Numbered from the stretch's first letter, positions 40,769 through 50,552 are shown. The stretch is 64,000 nucleotides of DNA from Pseudomonadota bacterium (GCA_036344075.1 JAYYUJ010000024.1:99614-163613); one strand, 5' to 3'. Notes: a model not told the origin generated them from the letters alone. Program-made: numbers and translations.

Positions 40769-42051
40769 TAGTTAATTTTCGATTCTACTTTTTTTTGGTA
40801 GTAATCCTTTTTTCAGGGTTAAGCTCAGCTGATTTGGTTGTTGAAGTCACTGACTGGGTCAAAGAACCCACCAAAATTGCGATCGTGCCTTTTCAGAATA
40901 AGGGACGCGCAGTTCAGCAAGATATTGCTGCGGTGATAGAGGCTGATTTAACGCGCAGCGGACAGTTTTCTGTACTCGATCGCGATGACATGCTTAGTTC
41001 TCCCAGTCATGCCGATGAAGTACATTTTCGTGATTGGCGAGCCTTAGGTGTCGATTATTTGTTGATTGGTCGGTCCGAAAACCGCCGTAATAAAATGGCC
41101 GTCAAATACATCTTGTTTGACGTGCATACGCAGCGCAAGTTATTGGCGGATGAAGTACGTGGTGGACGTGATGCTGAAAGAGCAATAGCGCATGAATTAA
41201 GTGATGCGGTATTTAAAAAATTGACTGGCATAAGAGGTGCATTTTCGACTCGTATGCTCTACGTGTCGGTTCAACGGAGTGAGCTAGGAGTGTCGAGTTA
41301 CCGTTTAATTTTAGCAGATGCTGATGGTGCGAATGCGCGTGAAATTTTACGTAGTGCAGAACCTATTTTATCGCCGGCATGGTCTGCCGATGGCAAGCAG
41401 ATCGCTTATGTTTCATTTGAAACCCAGCGTCCAGCCATTTATCAACAAGTCATTGCGACCGGTCAGCGTAAGAAATTAACTAATTTTCCAGGCCTCAATA
41501 GTGCACCTGCATGGTCACCCGACGGCAAGCATATGGCCATGGTGTTATCGAAAGACGGAAACCCCGATATTTACCTAATGAATTTAGCCACTGCTAAATT
41601 ACAAAAAATCACTCATCATTCCGCCATTGACACCGAACCTAGCTGGTTTCCGGATGGACAATCGTTGATTTTCACCTCTGATCGCGGCGGTAAGCCGCAG
41701 ATTTATCATTTTACGCTTGCTGATAAGAAGGTGAAGCGATTAACGTTCAAAGGGCGTTACAACGCGAGAGCAAGCGTAATGCCTGACGGTAAGAGTATGG
41801 TGATGATTCATGGTGACGAGCAAGGTTACCATATTGCTTGGCAGGAATTAGCAACAGGTCGGTTACTTATTTTAACCAGTTCATCGCTGGATGAATCACC
41901 TAGTATTGCACCTAACGGCACCATGCTGTTATACGCGACCAAGTATGCGGGGCGTGGTGTGTTAGCCGCTGTTTCGCTTGATGGGGGTATTAAGTTTCGT
42001 TTGCCGTCGCCATCGAGCGATGTAAGAGAGCCTGCTTGGTCACCGTATTGA
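40765..42051 (+). CDS. tolB: Tol-Pal system beta-propeller protein TolB
   Basis: Repeated P.WSPDG motifs ([43 protein letters not shown]). The GTG start overlaps the tolA stop (GTGA). Confidence 0.92.
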   Translation: MIVNFRFYFFLVVILFSGLSSADLVVEVTDWVKEPTKIAIVPFQNKGRAVQQDIAAVIEADLTRSGQFSVLDRDDMLSSPSHADEVHFRDWRALGVDYLLIGRSENRRNKMAVKYILFDVHTQRKLLADEVRGGRDAERAIAHELSDAVFKKLTGIRGAFSTRMLYVSVQRSELGVSSYRLILADADGANAREILRSAEPILSPAWSADGKQIAYVSFETQRPAIYQQVIATGQRKKLTNFPGLNSAPAWSPDGKHMAMVLSKDGNPDIYLMNLATAKLQKITHHSAIDTEPSWFPDGQSLIFTSDRGGKPQIYHFTLADKKVKRLTFKGRYNARASVMPDGKSMVMIHGDEQGYHIAWQELATGRLLILTSSSLDESPSIAPNGTMLLYATKYAGRGVLAAVSLDGGIKFRLPSPSSDVREPAWSPY

Positions 42052-42224
42052 TGCAAAGTCGGCGATCTGTATCACTGCTCTGTTAAAGTCAAATTATCTT
42101 TGTCATATGATTTCGAAAATTTTTAATTTTGGGCTCAAAACGGTATTGCATGCATGCTGAATGGTTATACAATAATAGTATATGGTGGTTTTTCTTTTTT
42201 TACTTCTATGGTGGGTGATAAGCA

Positions 42225-42731
42225 ATGATGATCAAAAAATATATTTCTTTATTTTTTTTAATGAGTCTTTTGTCAGCATGTGCGACAACTGATCAGCAAG
42301 ATGCTAGTGCGACTGACAATGCGGCTAATGCTACTAGTAGTACTTCGACTGCAGTTAGTTCCGGAGTCGATTCGGCAAGTGCTCTTGAGGTTTCAGTTGA
42401 ACCAGTGGTTCAATTAGAAAATGTCTTTTATTTTGATTATGATCAAGCGTCTCTGGGTAGCGATGTGCGGGCTTCGCTCGATGCACAAGCTGCTGCACTT
42501 CGTAACAGCAATGTTGCTATAGTGCTCGAGGGTCATGCTGATGAACGCGGTTCGCGAGAATATAATTTAGCACTTGGTGAAAGACGTGCAAAAGCGGTTG
42601 CTGACTATCTCGCTATTCAAGGGATTTCTCGTTCTCGAATAGAAGTGGTTAGCTTTGGTGAGGAGCGCCCCGTCGCTTTGCGTAGCAATAGTGAAGATTA
42701 TGCATTGAATCGTCGCGTTGAGCTAAAATAA
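42225..42731 (+). CDS. pal: Peptidoglycan-associated lipoprotein Pal
   Basis: Lipobox LLSAC; OmpA-like LEGHADERGSREYNLALGERRA...NRRVEL. Confidence 0.93.
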   Translation: MMIKKYISLFFLMSLLSACATTDQQDASATDNAANATSSTSTAVSSGVDSASALEVSVEPVVQLENVFYFDYDQASLGSDVRASLDAQAAALRNSNVAIVLEGHADERGSREYNLALGERRAKAVADYLAIQGISRSRIEVVSFGEERPVALRSNSEDYALNRRVELK

Positions 42732-42831
42732 TCCATTAAAGCAATCGTTAGCTCAGCTTGCTGATGCCGATAAATGTAATAGCAATTTTTGCTTGAACGG
42801 AGTGGCTGAGTTCTGAAGACAGGATGCGGCG

Positions 42832-43728
42832 ATGAGAAATACCACGATTAACAGCGCTGGCCAATTAGCAAGCGTTCTTTTCATACTGTTATCACTAGGG
42901 CCAAGCTATATGTTTGCTTTGGGTCAGGTTGAAGTCGTTGAAGCTGAGTCAATGATTGTTCCTGCTGAGCGATACCCAAGGGACGGGTATTTTGATGCCC
43001 AACCTGATCAGCAGAGCAAAGCCCGGATTTTTGGTGATGCGACACCCACTGCAGTTTCCTCTATCGCTTCGGATGCAGACATACTTTTGCAACTTCAATC
43101 TTTGCAGGCCGAATTACGACAGTTACGTGGTTTAATAGAAGAGCAGCGTCATGAAATTGAAATGCTCGATCGAAAGCGTATTGATGATTACCTCGATCTA
43201 GATCATCGATTGAGTGTGGTTAACCAATCACAGGTTGAGGCTAAACCCGCGCCCGATAAAGAAGGGCTTAATTTTTCATTTGTTCCTATGGTCACAGCTC
43301 AAGCAACAGTCAATACGCTTGATCAAGCAGAAATGCCGCTTTCATTCGAGGAAGAGTCAAAGCAAGCTTACCGCGAATCTTACCAGTTAGTTAAAGACCG
43401 AGAGTTTGAGCAGGCGCAGGCTTCATTGGCGAGCTTTATTAAGCGTTATCCTAGTTCAAGTTATATACCGAACGCTTATTTTTGGTTGGGTGAGTTGCAG
43501 TACCTTGCGATGGAATTACCTTTATCTCGCGATTCTTTTTTGTCGTTAATAGAGCAATACCCAAAGCATAAGAAAGTGGCTGATGCGAAGTTTAAGTTAG
43601 GTAAAGTGTACCATCAGTTAGGTCAAGAAGCTAAGGCTAGAATTACGCTCGAATCCGTTCTTAGCGATCATGCTGGGAGTACGGCTGCCAATCCTGCACG
43701 CGAGTACTTAAACAGTAATTTGCGCTAA
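42832..43728 (+). CDS. cpoB: Cell-division coordinator CpoB (YbgF)
   Basis: Signal peptide, coiled-coil ([23 protein letters not shown]), and C-terminal TPR ([19 protein letters not shown]...KFKLGKVY). Position after pal. Confidence 0.88.
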   Translation: MRNTTINSAGQLASVLFILLSLGPSYMFALGQVEVVEAESMIVPAERYPRDGYFDAQPDQQSKARIFGDATPTAVSSIASDADILLQLQSLQAELRQLRGLIEEQRHEIEMLDRKRIDDYLDLDHRLSVVNQSQVEAKPAPDKEGLNFSFVPMVTAQATVNTLDQAEMPLSFEEESKQAYRESYQLVKDREFEQAQASLASFIKRYPSSSYIPNAYFWLGELQYLAMELPLSRDSFLSLIEQYPKHKKVADAKFKLGKVYHQLGQEAKARITLESVLSDHAGSTAANPAREYLNSNLR

Positions 43729-43751
43729 TTATTGATTTAAAGACTACAATA

Positions 43752-43889
43752 ATGGCGCCATTTAAGCCCGTCTCTGTTGATTATCAAGCCAATGAAAGCG
43801 GTCAAGCCTGTGGGAAATGCGATAGTTGTTGGTTGCGTGCCGAAGGTTTTGAAGCTGCAGGGGTAGTTGATCCGACGCATTATTATTAA
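43752..43889 (+). pseudogene. queC: C-terminal remnant of queC (7-cyano-7-deazaguanine synthase), 45 codons
   Basis: The translation [45 protein letters not shown] carries the QueC C-terminal zinc-Cys cluster and tail (CG.CDSC.LR..GF..AG..DPT.Y). It begins 24 nt after the cpoB stop, so the roughly 180 N-terminal codons (PP-loop) and queE, which occupy this slot in pseudomonads, are absent. Confidence 0.7.
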
Positions 43890-44080
43890 AAAATACCGAG
43901 AATCTCTTTTTTCTAATAAATTTTTTTATTTACTAGAAAAAAGTCTTGTATTTTGTAGTTTGGTCGTTAATATAGCCACCTTCCTAGACGCATGTGATGC
44001 AATGAATTTGTGTTTTTCGGCACTTACCCTAAGTCAATTTCATTGAAATATGGTCATTATGTAGGTTTAAAAACAGTTCG

Positions 44081-44156
44081 GGGTCGTTAGCTCAGTTGGT
44101 AGAGCAGTTGGCTTTTAATCAATTGGTCGCTGGTTCGAACCCAGCACGACCCACCA
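44081..44156 (+). tRNA. tRNA-Lys (anticodon UUU)
   Basis: GGGTCGTTAGCTCAGTTGGTAGAGCAGTTGGCTTTTAATCAATTGGTCGCTGGTTCGAACCCAGCACGACCCACCA. The 7-bp acceptor stem GGGTCGT/ACGACCC, anticodon loop CTTTTAA, T-loop GGTTCGAA and encoded CCA are all present. Nearly identical to E. coli lysT. Confidence 0.97.
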
Positions 44157-44683
44157 ATTCCTTCATTTTCAGTCAATCTTCCCCTTTGATTGTTTCTTTG
44201 GCAATTCAAGTGTTTGGTGTGAACGTTCTTTTACGGTCAGATTCTAAAGAATCTATTGCTCTAACGATTTATTAGAATGCCTTTCAAATATAGATCAAAA
44301 ATTATACATCTCTAATGAGCAGTAACAACTAGCAAAAAATAATATGCGCGATCATTGTGTCAAAGCAGCTCGAATGATGATGTTTCTAATTAAAATTTTT
44401 GTGACGATATGTCTTTGAATTCGGTCTATGTAAACACTGGTATTAATCATCATGCACCAATATTTGCCGTTTATATTCCCACCATGGTATTTCCCCAACA
44501 GTGTTGCTGCTAATGATTAGCGATTTCTAATTTGAAATTGGACTACTAGTAGCCGTGGGTTTGAGCTATGTTTTTCACTACCTAACTAATGAGCAGGCGT
44601 AGCGTATTAAAAATTTTCTTTTTAGCGTCGCTGACATGCGGTATCATACATTAACTTAAATTCATTTCTTTGGAGATTTCTTA

Positions 44684-46804
44684 ATGGCATCAACAGAAAG
44701 CCAAGCTTCTGTGGGTAGTGAAGCTGCAAAGTCCGTCAATATTGGTTGGGTTTTGCGTGATATGATGCAGTCAACGGGTGTTTGGACCTTTGATCAGGCA
44801 GCATTAAGCCTGATGGTCAAACAAGCGCTGGCGGTGGGTTTCTCTAGTTTAGAAATTGGCGGTGGTCAGAGCTATCAAATTGCCTTAGAGCACGGTTTTA
44901 ATCCCTATCAAGTTATTCGAAATGCTAAGTGTGTTATTGATGCTGAGGGCGCTCGCTTGCCCCTGCAGATACTTATGCGTGGTGCAAATCAATTAGGCTT
45001 TCAACATTATGCTACCGATGTTCAGCAAAAAAGTATTGATTTGTTAGTGGATGCTGGCGGTGATAGCGAAAAAAATAATACCCTGATTATTCGCAACTTT
45101 GATGCTTTAAATGACGCTGAAAATCTTCGTTTCTCTATTTCATACATGGTGAAAAAAGATCAGCAGGCCGCTGCGGCTAATGCACTCGCGAACAGTAAAG
45201 GCCAACCGGCTTTAGCAAAGCGTGTGCATGTGCAAGCTGCCTTGTCCTATGTTCAGCCAGCGAATAACTCTAGCACAGCTTGCTACAGCAGCACTTACTA
45301 CGTCAATTATGCCAAAAAACTAATTGCTATCGCCGAGCAGGCCGGCGGCGGTTTGGACTCATTATGTATTAAAGACATGAGTGGCCAGCTGACACCCGCT
45401 TTGGCATTAGATTTAATCCCAGCACTTAAATCATTGGGCCTACCCGTTTATTTGCACTGTCATAGCACCGACGAAGCGCGTGCACTCGGTGTTCAGACGG
45501 TTGCGATTGAGGCTGGGATTAGTGGTATTGAAGTCGCTGTTGAGCCACTAGCAGGCGGCGCTTCGCATCACGATGTTGAAAATATCTGCTACTTAAAAGG
45601 CGTGATACCTACCAATGTCAAAGCGATTAAGGCCCTAAAAGCTAATCTTGCTGAGATTTTTGGTCCGCGTGCGCAGAGCCGACGAGACGCGGCCATTCCC
45701 TTGGTGACGTTAAAAAAATTGGTTAGCTTGGGAATTCCAGGCGGTGCTATTCCCTTTATTGTGAAAGACTTGCAGGCCAACGTCTGCGGTATGTTCGGGG
45801 TTGATCTCGACGAGGCACTGGTTTTATTTGAAGATGAATTACGCAGGATTCAAAGCCAATTAGGTTTTGTTCCTTTAGTGACACCCACCGCTGATATCAT
45901 TGCAAAGCAGACCATTAAAAGTTTGGGTAATCGTCAGCGTACGGCTGCTTATCAATTGGTTGATCCCAGATTCTGCCGTTTGGTACTCGGCCATTATGGC
46001 CAAGTGGTTAATCACGCAACAGATGAGCGGGTCGATGTGGCTGTTGAATTAATAGAAGAGGTTAAGCGGTATTGCGCCGCCATTGAGCAAGACGCCGACG
46101 GCTTTCGCAGCAAGGCAGGTCGTATTTTTCCCGAGCCCATTGTGCTGGCTGAACATCCTGCTTCGATTGCCATCGATCATGATGTTGCTGGGGTCGAAGA
46201 ATATGTCGGCGACTTATTCTCACGTTATCCACAATCCTGTGAAAATTTTGGTACGGTTCAAGAATGCTTGATGATGCATATTATGCGCCCAGCCGGTAAA
46301 ACGGATCGTTTATTGACAAAAAATATTTTACAGCCAACCGAAGAGCGCTTACGATTTATTCTTAATCAGACCTTGCATTTACTTCCGGGTAAGGACATAC
46401 CTGAATCGCGTCAGGCAGCCGCCGATGAGTTGACTGATGAGTTCTTGTTGGCAGCCTTGGGTGATTACGACGGTATTGTTAACAGCATTAAAGATTTAGT
46501 GCTTAACGGCGACAAAGAAAGTATTCGTCTGCGCATCAATCAACGAATGATTGAGGTCATAGATCCTATTTGTCAAACTAATGACGATGCACGCAAAAAT
46601 CGCTATTACATTGAAAGGCGTTTTGTCGGCCTTTTTGCAGGTGCTGTGTTTTGGGACTTACAGCGAATTTGTCGACGTACAGGGGCAGATTCACGCGCCT
46701 CGCTCGATGAGATGAGGGCCCGTAAGCTCGATCGTATTATCTCTACAACCCTCAAGCGTCGCCGTCGAGAAGGTGTGGGTCAGGCGCAAGATTTCCTCTC
46801 TTAA
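44684..46804 (+). CDS. PYC/OadA-type carboxyltransferase-domain protein with no biotinyl domain and a ~250-aa C-terminal region of unknown type
   Basis: By-eye alignment to the oxaloacetate decarboxylase alpha / pyruvate carboxylase CT domain: VLRDMMQS (RDAHQS), LEIGGG, LQILMRGANQLGFQHYATDV (LLRGQNLLGYRHY.DDV), IRNFDALND, CIKDMSG (carbamyl-Lys), LHCHST (HxH), and GFVPLVTPTADIIAKQ (PLVTPTSQIVG in the PYC_OADA domain). I found no AMKM/EAMKM biotin motif anywhere. Confidence 0.7.
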   Translation: MASTESQASVGSEAAKSVNIGWVLRDMMQSTGVWTFDQAALSLMVKQALAVGFSSLEIGGGQSYQIALEHGFNPYQVIRNAKCVIDAEGARLPLQILMRGANQLGFQHYATDVQQKSIDLLVDAGGDSEKNNTLIIRNFDALNDAENLRFSISYMVKKDQQAAAANALANSKGQPALAKRVHVQAALSYVQPANNSSTACYSSTYYVNYAKKLIAIAEQAGGGLDSLCIKDMSGQLTPALALDLIPALKSLGLPVYLHCHSTDEARALGVQTVAIEAGISGIEVAVEPLAGGASHHDVENICYLKGVIPTNVKAIKALKANLAEIFGPRAQSRRDAAIPLVTLKKLVSLGIPGGAIPFIVKDLQANVCGMFGVDLDEALVLFEDELRRIQSQLGFVPLVTPTADIIAKQTIKSLGNRQRTAAYQLVDPRFCRLVLGHYGQVVNHATDERVDVAVELIEEVKRYCAAIEQDADGFRSKAGRIFPEPIVLAEHPASIAIDHDVAGVEEYVGDLFSRYPQSCENFGTVQECLMMHIMRPAGKTDRLLTKNILQPTEERLRFILNQTLHLLPGKDIPESRQAAADELTDEFLLAALGDYDGIVNSIKDLVLNGDKESIRLRINQRMIEVIDPICQTNDDARKNRYYIERRFVGLFAGAVFWDLQRICRRTGADSRASLDEMRARKLDRIISTTLKRRRREGVGQAQDFLS

Positions 46805-46946
46805 TGAGTTTCATCTATACAAGCCTGCCAATTTACTGACTCTCTGGGTATATTTGCTGTAATGTGACTAGCAGCTGATTTCGCTTAAGCTATTTCTAAC
46901 TGTTTACTTTTCACCTTGCGTTAGGCTAATAATAAGGTCAGTCGCT

Positions 46947-49067
46947 ATGCAAACAAAAAAAACTTTTTGTTCTATTTGTTCTGCCTTTTGTGGATTTGAG
47001 GCTGAGGTAGAAGATAACCATATACTCTCTTTTCGTCCTGATACTAACCATCCGTTGAGTGAAGGCTTTAGCTGTACTAAAGGCCGGCAATTCCCCAATC
47101 TGTTAAAAACGAAAAATCGCTTGGTTAAGACGCTAAAACGGCAGGGCAAGGATTTCGTTCAACTAAAAAAAAGCGAAGCTTTAGATCAGATTTCCACGCG
47201 ATTAATGGCTATTAAAGACCAATATGGCCCTGAATCAATTGCTCTGTTTTCGGGTAACGGTGTGCAGTTTAAGGGGGCGACAGTCCCGGTGTTTCATGCG
47301 TGGCTGAATGCGCTTGGCTCGCACAATATGTTTAGCACAATGACAATTGATCAGCCGGCAAAAATCATTGCTACTGGTCGACACGGAGTGTGGGCGGGCG
47401 GCGTCCAGTCGTTTGAATCCTCGGACGTGGCAATATTGGTCGGCAACAATGTGGTCGTATCGAGTTTAAATCAGTTGAGCGGTCCACCGGGTTGGCGGCC
47501 TAAATCGATTAAGCAAGCGAAAAAGCGTGGTTTAAAACTCATAGTTATTGACCCGCGGTTGACCGAAACGGCACAACTTGCAGATCTTCATTTGGCGATT
47601 AGACCAGGGCAAGATGCCGTTTTATTAGCGGGCATGATTCGCCTGCTGATTCAGAAATCACTTTATGATCATGATTTTTGCCAGCAATACACTGATGACT
47701 TTGCCGCGCTTAAAGCGCAGGTTGAACCTTATGATCTTACCTTTGTGGCTCAGCAGTCAGGTGTTGAGGCAGCGCTAATTGAGCAAGCAGTTGATCTGTT
47801 TGGCGGCCAAAAACGTGGCTGTGTATCCAGTGGTACAGGGCCTGATATGGGGCCGCACCCTAATTTATCAGAACACTTGATCTGTGCCATGAATACCATA
47901 TGTGGTCGACATAATCGTGCTGGTGATAAGGTTAACACTTCTTTATTAACCCCAAATATGCCGCTGATGGAAGCGGTGATACCTTGGGATTGTCTTCCGC
48001 CAACACTTAATCTTCATACAAATAATCGACGATCTCGGATTGCTGACGCGAGGCAGGTGTATCAAGAGATGCCTAGCTCAACTTTAGCTGATGAAATTTT
48101 GACACCAGGTAAGGGGCAAATTAAAGCCTTAATCGTAATTGGCGGAAACCCCATGTTATCGTTACCAGACAAGGCCAAAATTAAAAAAGCCTTAAGTGCG
48201 CTTGACCTATTGATCTGTATTGACGTAAGGCGCACCGATACCACGGCATTGGCTGATTATATCTTGCCAGCCAGTTATGGCTTAGAACGGCCCGAAATCA
48301 CTAGCTATGCCGATTTTGTATTTGATAAACCTTTTCACCAGTTTGCCGAAAAACTCATCGAACCGCCTGGTGATGCGACTGAAGAGTGGATTTATCTTGC
48401 CGAGCTAGCTAAACGAATGGGCTTAGTGCTTGACTTGCCTGGAGGCCAAGTCGATAGTCAGCATTCGAATGAAGACTTTATTGGTCTGTTAGAGAAACTG
48501 TATCCTGCCGAGACAACTAAAGTGCCGATTGCCGAGATTGCGAGTCATCGTGGCGGCAAACTATATGAAGAATTTTCTAATGTGACTGTTATACCTGCTA
48601 TTGAAGGTATGGATGATAAATTTCAGCTAATGCCTGAGGGAGTGGCGCAGGAATTTGCGGTATTGGCGAAAACATTAGCGGATCAAGACAGTCGTGATGA
48701 TCGTTTTTTATTGATTTGCCGACGAAATAAATATGTTTACAATTCAATGTGTCATGAATTACCGAAGTCGGTCACCAGTAATCCTGTATACATGCATCCC
48801 GATGATATTCTCTCTGTCGGTGCAGAAGTGGGCGATAGGGTAGCGTTAGAATCTGATTTTGGAAAAATAATCGCTATGTTGTCTGCCGACGTGACCTTGC
48901 GGCGAGGCGTAGTTGCCAGTTCGCATAATTTTGGCGATGATAGCAATGGTCAAAATAATGAAAATTTTGCTTCGGTATCGGAATTGTTAAGTATGGAAAA
49001 CAGTAATGACAATTATGCCCGAATGCCGATAATGACAGCGGTACCTATTACGGTTGTTAGAGCTTAG
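46947..49067 (+). CDS. Cytoplasmic molybdopterin (Mo/W-bisPGD, MopB-superfamily) oxidoreductase with N-terminal [4Fe-4S] motif, FdhF-like architecture
   Basis: C8-x2-C11-x3-C15...C43-T-K-G cluster motif; colinear by eye with E. coli FdhF (715 aa). The C-terminal molybdopterin-binding barrel reads VYMHPDDILSVGAEVGDRVALESDFGKI. No Tat or Sec signal. Confidence 0.8.
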   Translation: MQTKKTFCSICSAFCGFEAEVEDNHILSFRPDTNHPLSEGFSCTKGRQFPNLLKTKNRLVKTLKRQGKDFVQLKKSEALDQISTRLMAIKDQYGPESIALFSGNGVQFKGATVPVFHAWLNALGSHNMFSTMTIDQPAKIIATGRHGVWAGGVQSFESSDVAILVGNNVVVSSLNQLSGPPGWRPKSIKQAKKRGLKLIVIDPRLTETAQLADLHLAIRPGQDAVLLAGMIRLLIQKSLYDHDFCQQYTDDFAALKAQVEPYDLTFVAQQSGVEAALIEQAVDLFGGQKRGCVSSGTGPDMGPHPNLSEHLICAMNTICGRHNRAGDKVNTSLLTPNMPLMEAVIPWDCLPPTLNLHTNNRRSRIADARQVYQEMPSSTLADEILTPGKGQIKALIVIGGNPMLSLPDKAKIKKALSALDLLICIDVRRTDTTALADYILPASYGLERPEITSYADFVFDKPFHQFAEKLIEPPGDATEEWIYLAELAKRMGLVLDLPGGQVDSQHSNEDFIGLLEKLYPAETTKVPIAEIASHRGGKLYEEFSNVTVIPAIEGMDDKFQLMPEGVAQEFAVLAKTLADQDSRDDRFLLICRRNKYVYNSMCHELPKSVTSNPVYMHPDDILSVGAEVGDRVALESDFGKIIAMLSADVTLRRGVVASSHNFGDDSNGQNNENFASVSELLSMENSNDNYARMPIMTAVPITVVRA

Positions 49068-49112
49068 ACGGCAAAAATAAAACTTCACTGACTGGGAATT
49101 GGAGACCGATCG

Positions 49113-49481
49113 ATGAGCGACAAAAGTCAAGCACAAATCCTTTTAGAACGCTATTGGGAAGAGGCCAGCAATCAAGGCAACTATGAGTTGGTACGTGAAT
49201 TGTGTGCCGATCCAATTATTCGTCATGATGTTGATGGTGGCGTGACAAAGTTAAGCCATGATGAACAAATTGCACGAGTAAAAATGGGCGTTGAAGATTT
49301 TGGTGTGCATATTGATCGTATCATTACCCATGCTGATGACACTTATGTGACATCTATTTGGGAGACTAAATCAGCTAAAGATGAAAATATGAATCTTTGC
49401 GGAATTGAAGTATTTAAAGTTGAAAATGGCCGTTTAGCCCATTGTTGGAATGCGCCTTACGGTAAAGGAAAGTGGGGATAA
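49113..49481 (+). CDS. SnoaL-like (NTF2-fold) small protein
   Basis: 122 aa; LLERYWEEASNQGNYELVRELCADPIIRHD...VENGRLAHCWN has the pattern of SnoaL/ester-cyclase-like proteins. GGAG lies 8 nt before the ATG, 45 nt after the Mo-enzyme stop. Confidence 0.55.
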   Translation: MSDKSQAQILLERYWEEASNQGNYELVRELCADPIIRHDVDGGVTKLSHDEQIARVKMGVEDFGVHIDRIITHADDTYVTSIWETKSAKDENMNLCGIEVFKVENGRLAHCWNAPYGKGKWG

Positions 49482-49532
49482 GGTATATAAGTAAGTATTT
49501 ACTTTTATATTATTCACTTATTTGTCTGGATT

Positions 49533-50552
49533 CTATTGCTTGTCAAGTGCTGAAATTAATTTTGTATTATCCAGCATTCGATTAGAAAATCCCCACTCAT
49601 TATCGTACCAAGCCAAAACTTTAACGGTATCACCAATGACTTTAGTCTGTGTTGCATCAAAAATTGAAGAGGCTGGATTGTGATTAAAATCTGTAGAAAC
49701 TAAAGGGAGATGGTTCACTGTAAGAATTTGGCTCATTTCATTTTCTGCAGCCCCAACCAAAAAATTGTTTACTTCATGCACAGTGGTACTTTTTTCAGCT
49801 GAAAATGTAAAGTCTATAAGAGATGTATTTATTACAGGTACCCTAACTGATAATCCATCCAGTTTTCCATTTAGTTCAGGTATAACCTCACCTATGGCGC
49901 TAGCTGCCCCTGTTTTTGTTGGAATCATTGATTGACTAGCTGATCTGGCACGTCTTAAGTCTGTATGGTAAACATCGGTTAAAACTTGATCGTTTGTATA
50001 AGCATGAATTGTCGTAGCGAGGCCTGAATTAATCCCTACCGTTTTATTTAAAACATGGGCTAAAGGTGCAAGGCAATTCGTCGTGCATGACGCGTTAGAG
50101 ATTATTCTATGGTCAGGGGTTAAAATGTGATCGTTTACGCCAAAAACTATAGTTGCGTCCGAATTAGTCGCAGGCGCAGATATAAGCACACGTTTCGCGC
50201 CTGCTTTGAGATGTTTTTCAGCATGCAGTCGACTTGTAAAATGCCCTGTGCATTCAAGGACTAGGTCGACGTTCATTTCAGACCAAGGGAGTTGGTAGGG
50301 TATCCTTTCAGATAGAATAGCGATCTTATCGCCATTAACGACTAAATCATTGTTTTTTAGAGTAACTTCTCCGGCGAAGCGACCATGTGCCGTATCATAC
50401 TGCATAAGATGGGCGTTAATTTCCGCATCGCCAAGATCGTTAACAGCAATAATCTTATATGGCAGTGATTCGCCTGAATTCAATCGCTCATAGTAAGCCC
50501 TGAGTATATTTCTACCGATACGACCAAAACCATTAATAGCAACTCGAAACAT
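49533..50552 (-). CDS. gap: Type I glyceraldehyde-3-phosphate dehydrogenase (GapB/Epd-like subgroup)
   Basis: [24 protein letters not shown] (catalytic Cys), [12 protein letters not shown]. Confidence 0.88.
   Translation of the reverse strand: MFRVAINGFGRIGRNILRAYYERLNSGESLPYKIIAVNDLGDAEINAHLMQYDTAHGRFAGEVTLKNNDLVVNGDKIAILSERIPYQLPWSEMNVDLVLECTGHFTSRLHAEKHLKAGAKRVLISAPATNSDATIVFGVNDHILTPDHRIISNASCTTNCLAPLAHVLNKTVGINSGLATTIHAYTNDQVLTDVYHTDLRRARSASQSMIPTKTGAASAIGEVIPELNGKLDGLSVRVPVINTSLIDFTFSAEKSTTVHEVNNFLVGAAENEMSQILTVNHLPLVSTDFNHNPASSIFDATQTKVIGDTVKVLAWYDNEWGFSNRMLDNTKLISALDKQ

Noticed and set aside
43906-43943. 10-bp inverted repeat CTTTTTTCTA...TAGAAAAAAG between the queC stub and tRNA-Lys
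   Set aside because: The stem is almost entirely A/T with an 18-nt loop and no clean downstream T-tract, so it is a weak terminator candidate. It may be incidental in AT-rich DNA.
44344-44418. 24-codon ORF (MRDHCVKAARMMMFLIKIFVTICL) next to tRNA-Lys, superficially like a type I toxin peptide
   Set aside because: It has no SD sequence, no adjacent antisense-RNA-like structure and no repeat architecture. Short hydrophobic ORFs are expected by chance in AT-rich DNA.
46947-49067. Possible selenocysteine (in-frame TGA) in the FdhF-like Mo enzyme
   Set aside because: The ORF is uninterrupted and the aligned position is an Asp codon. I noticed no in-frame TGA and no SECIS-like hairpin.
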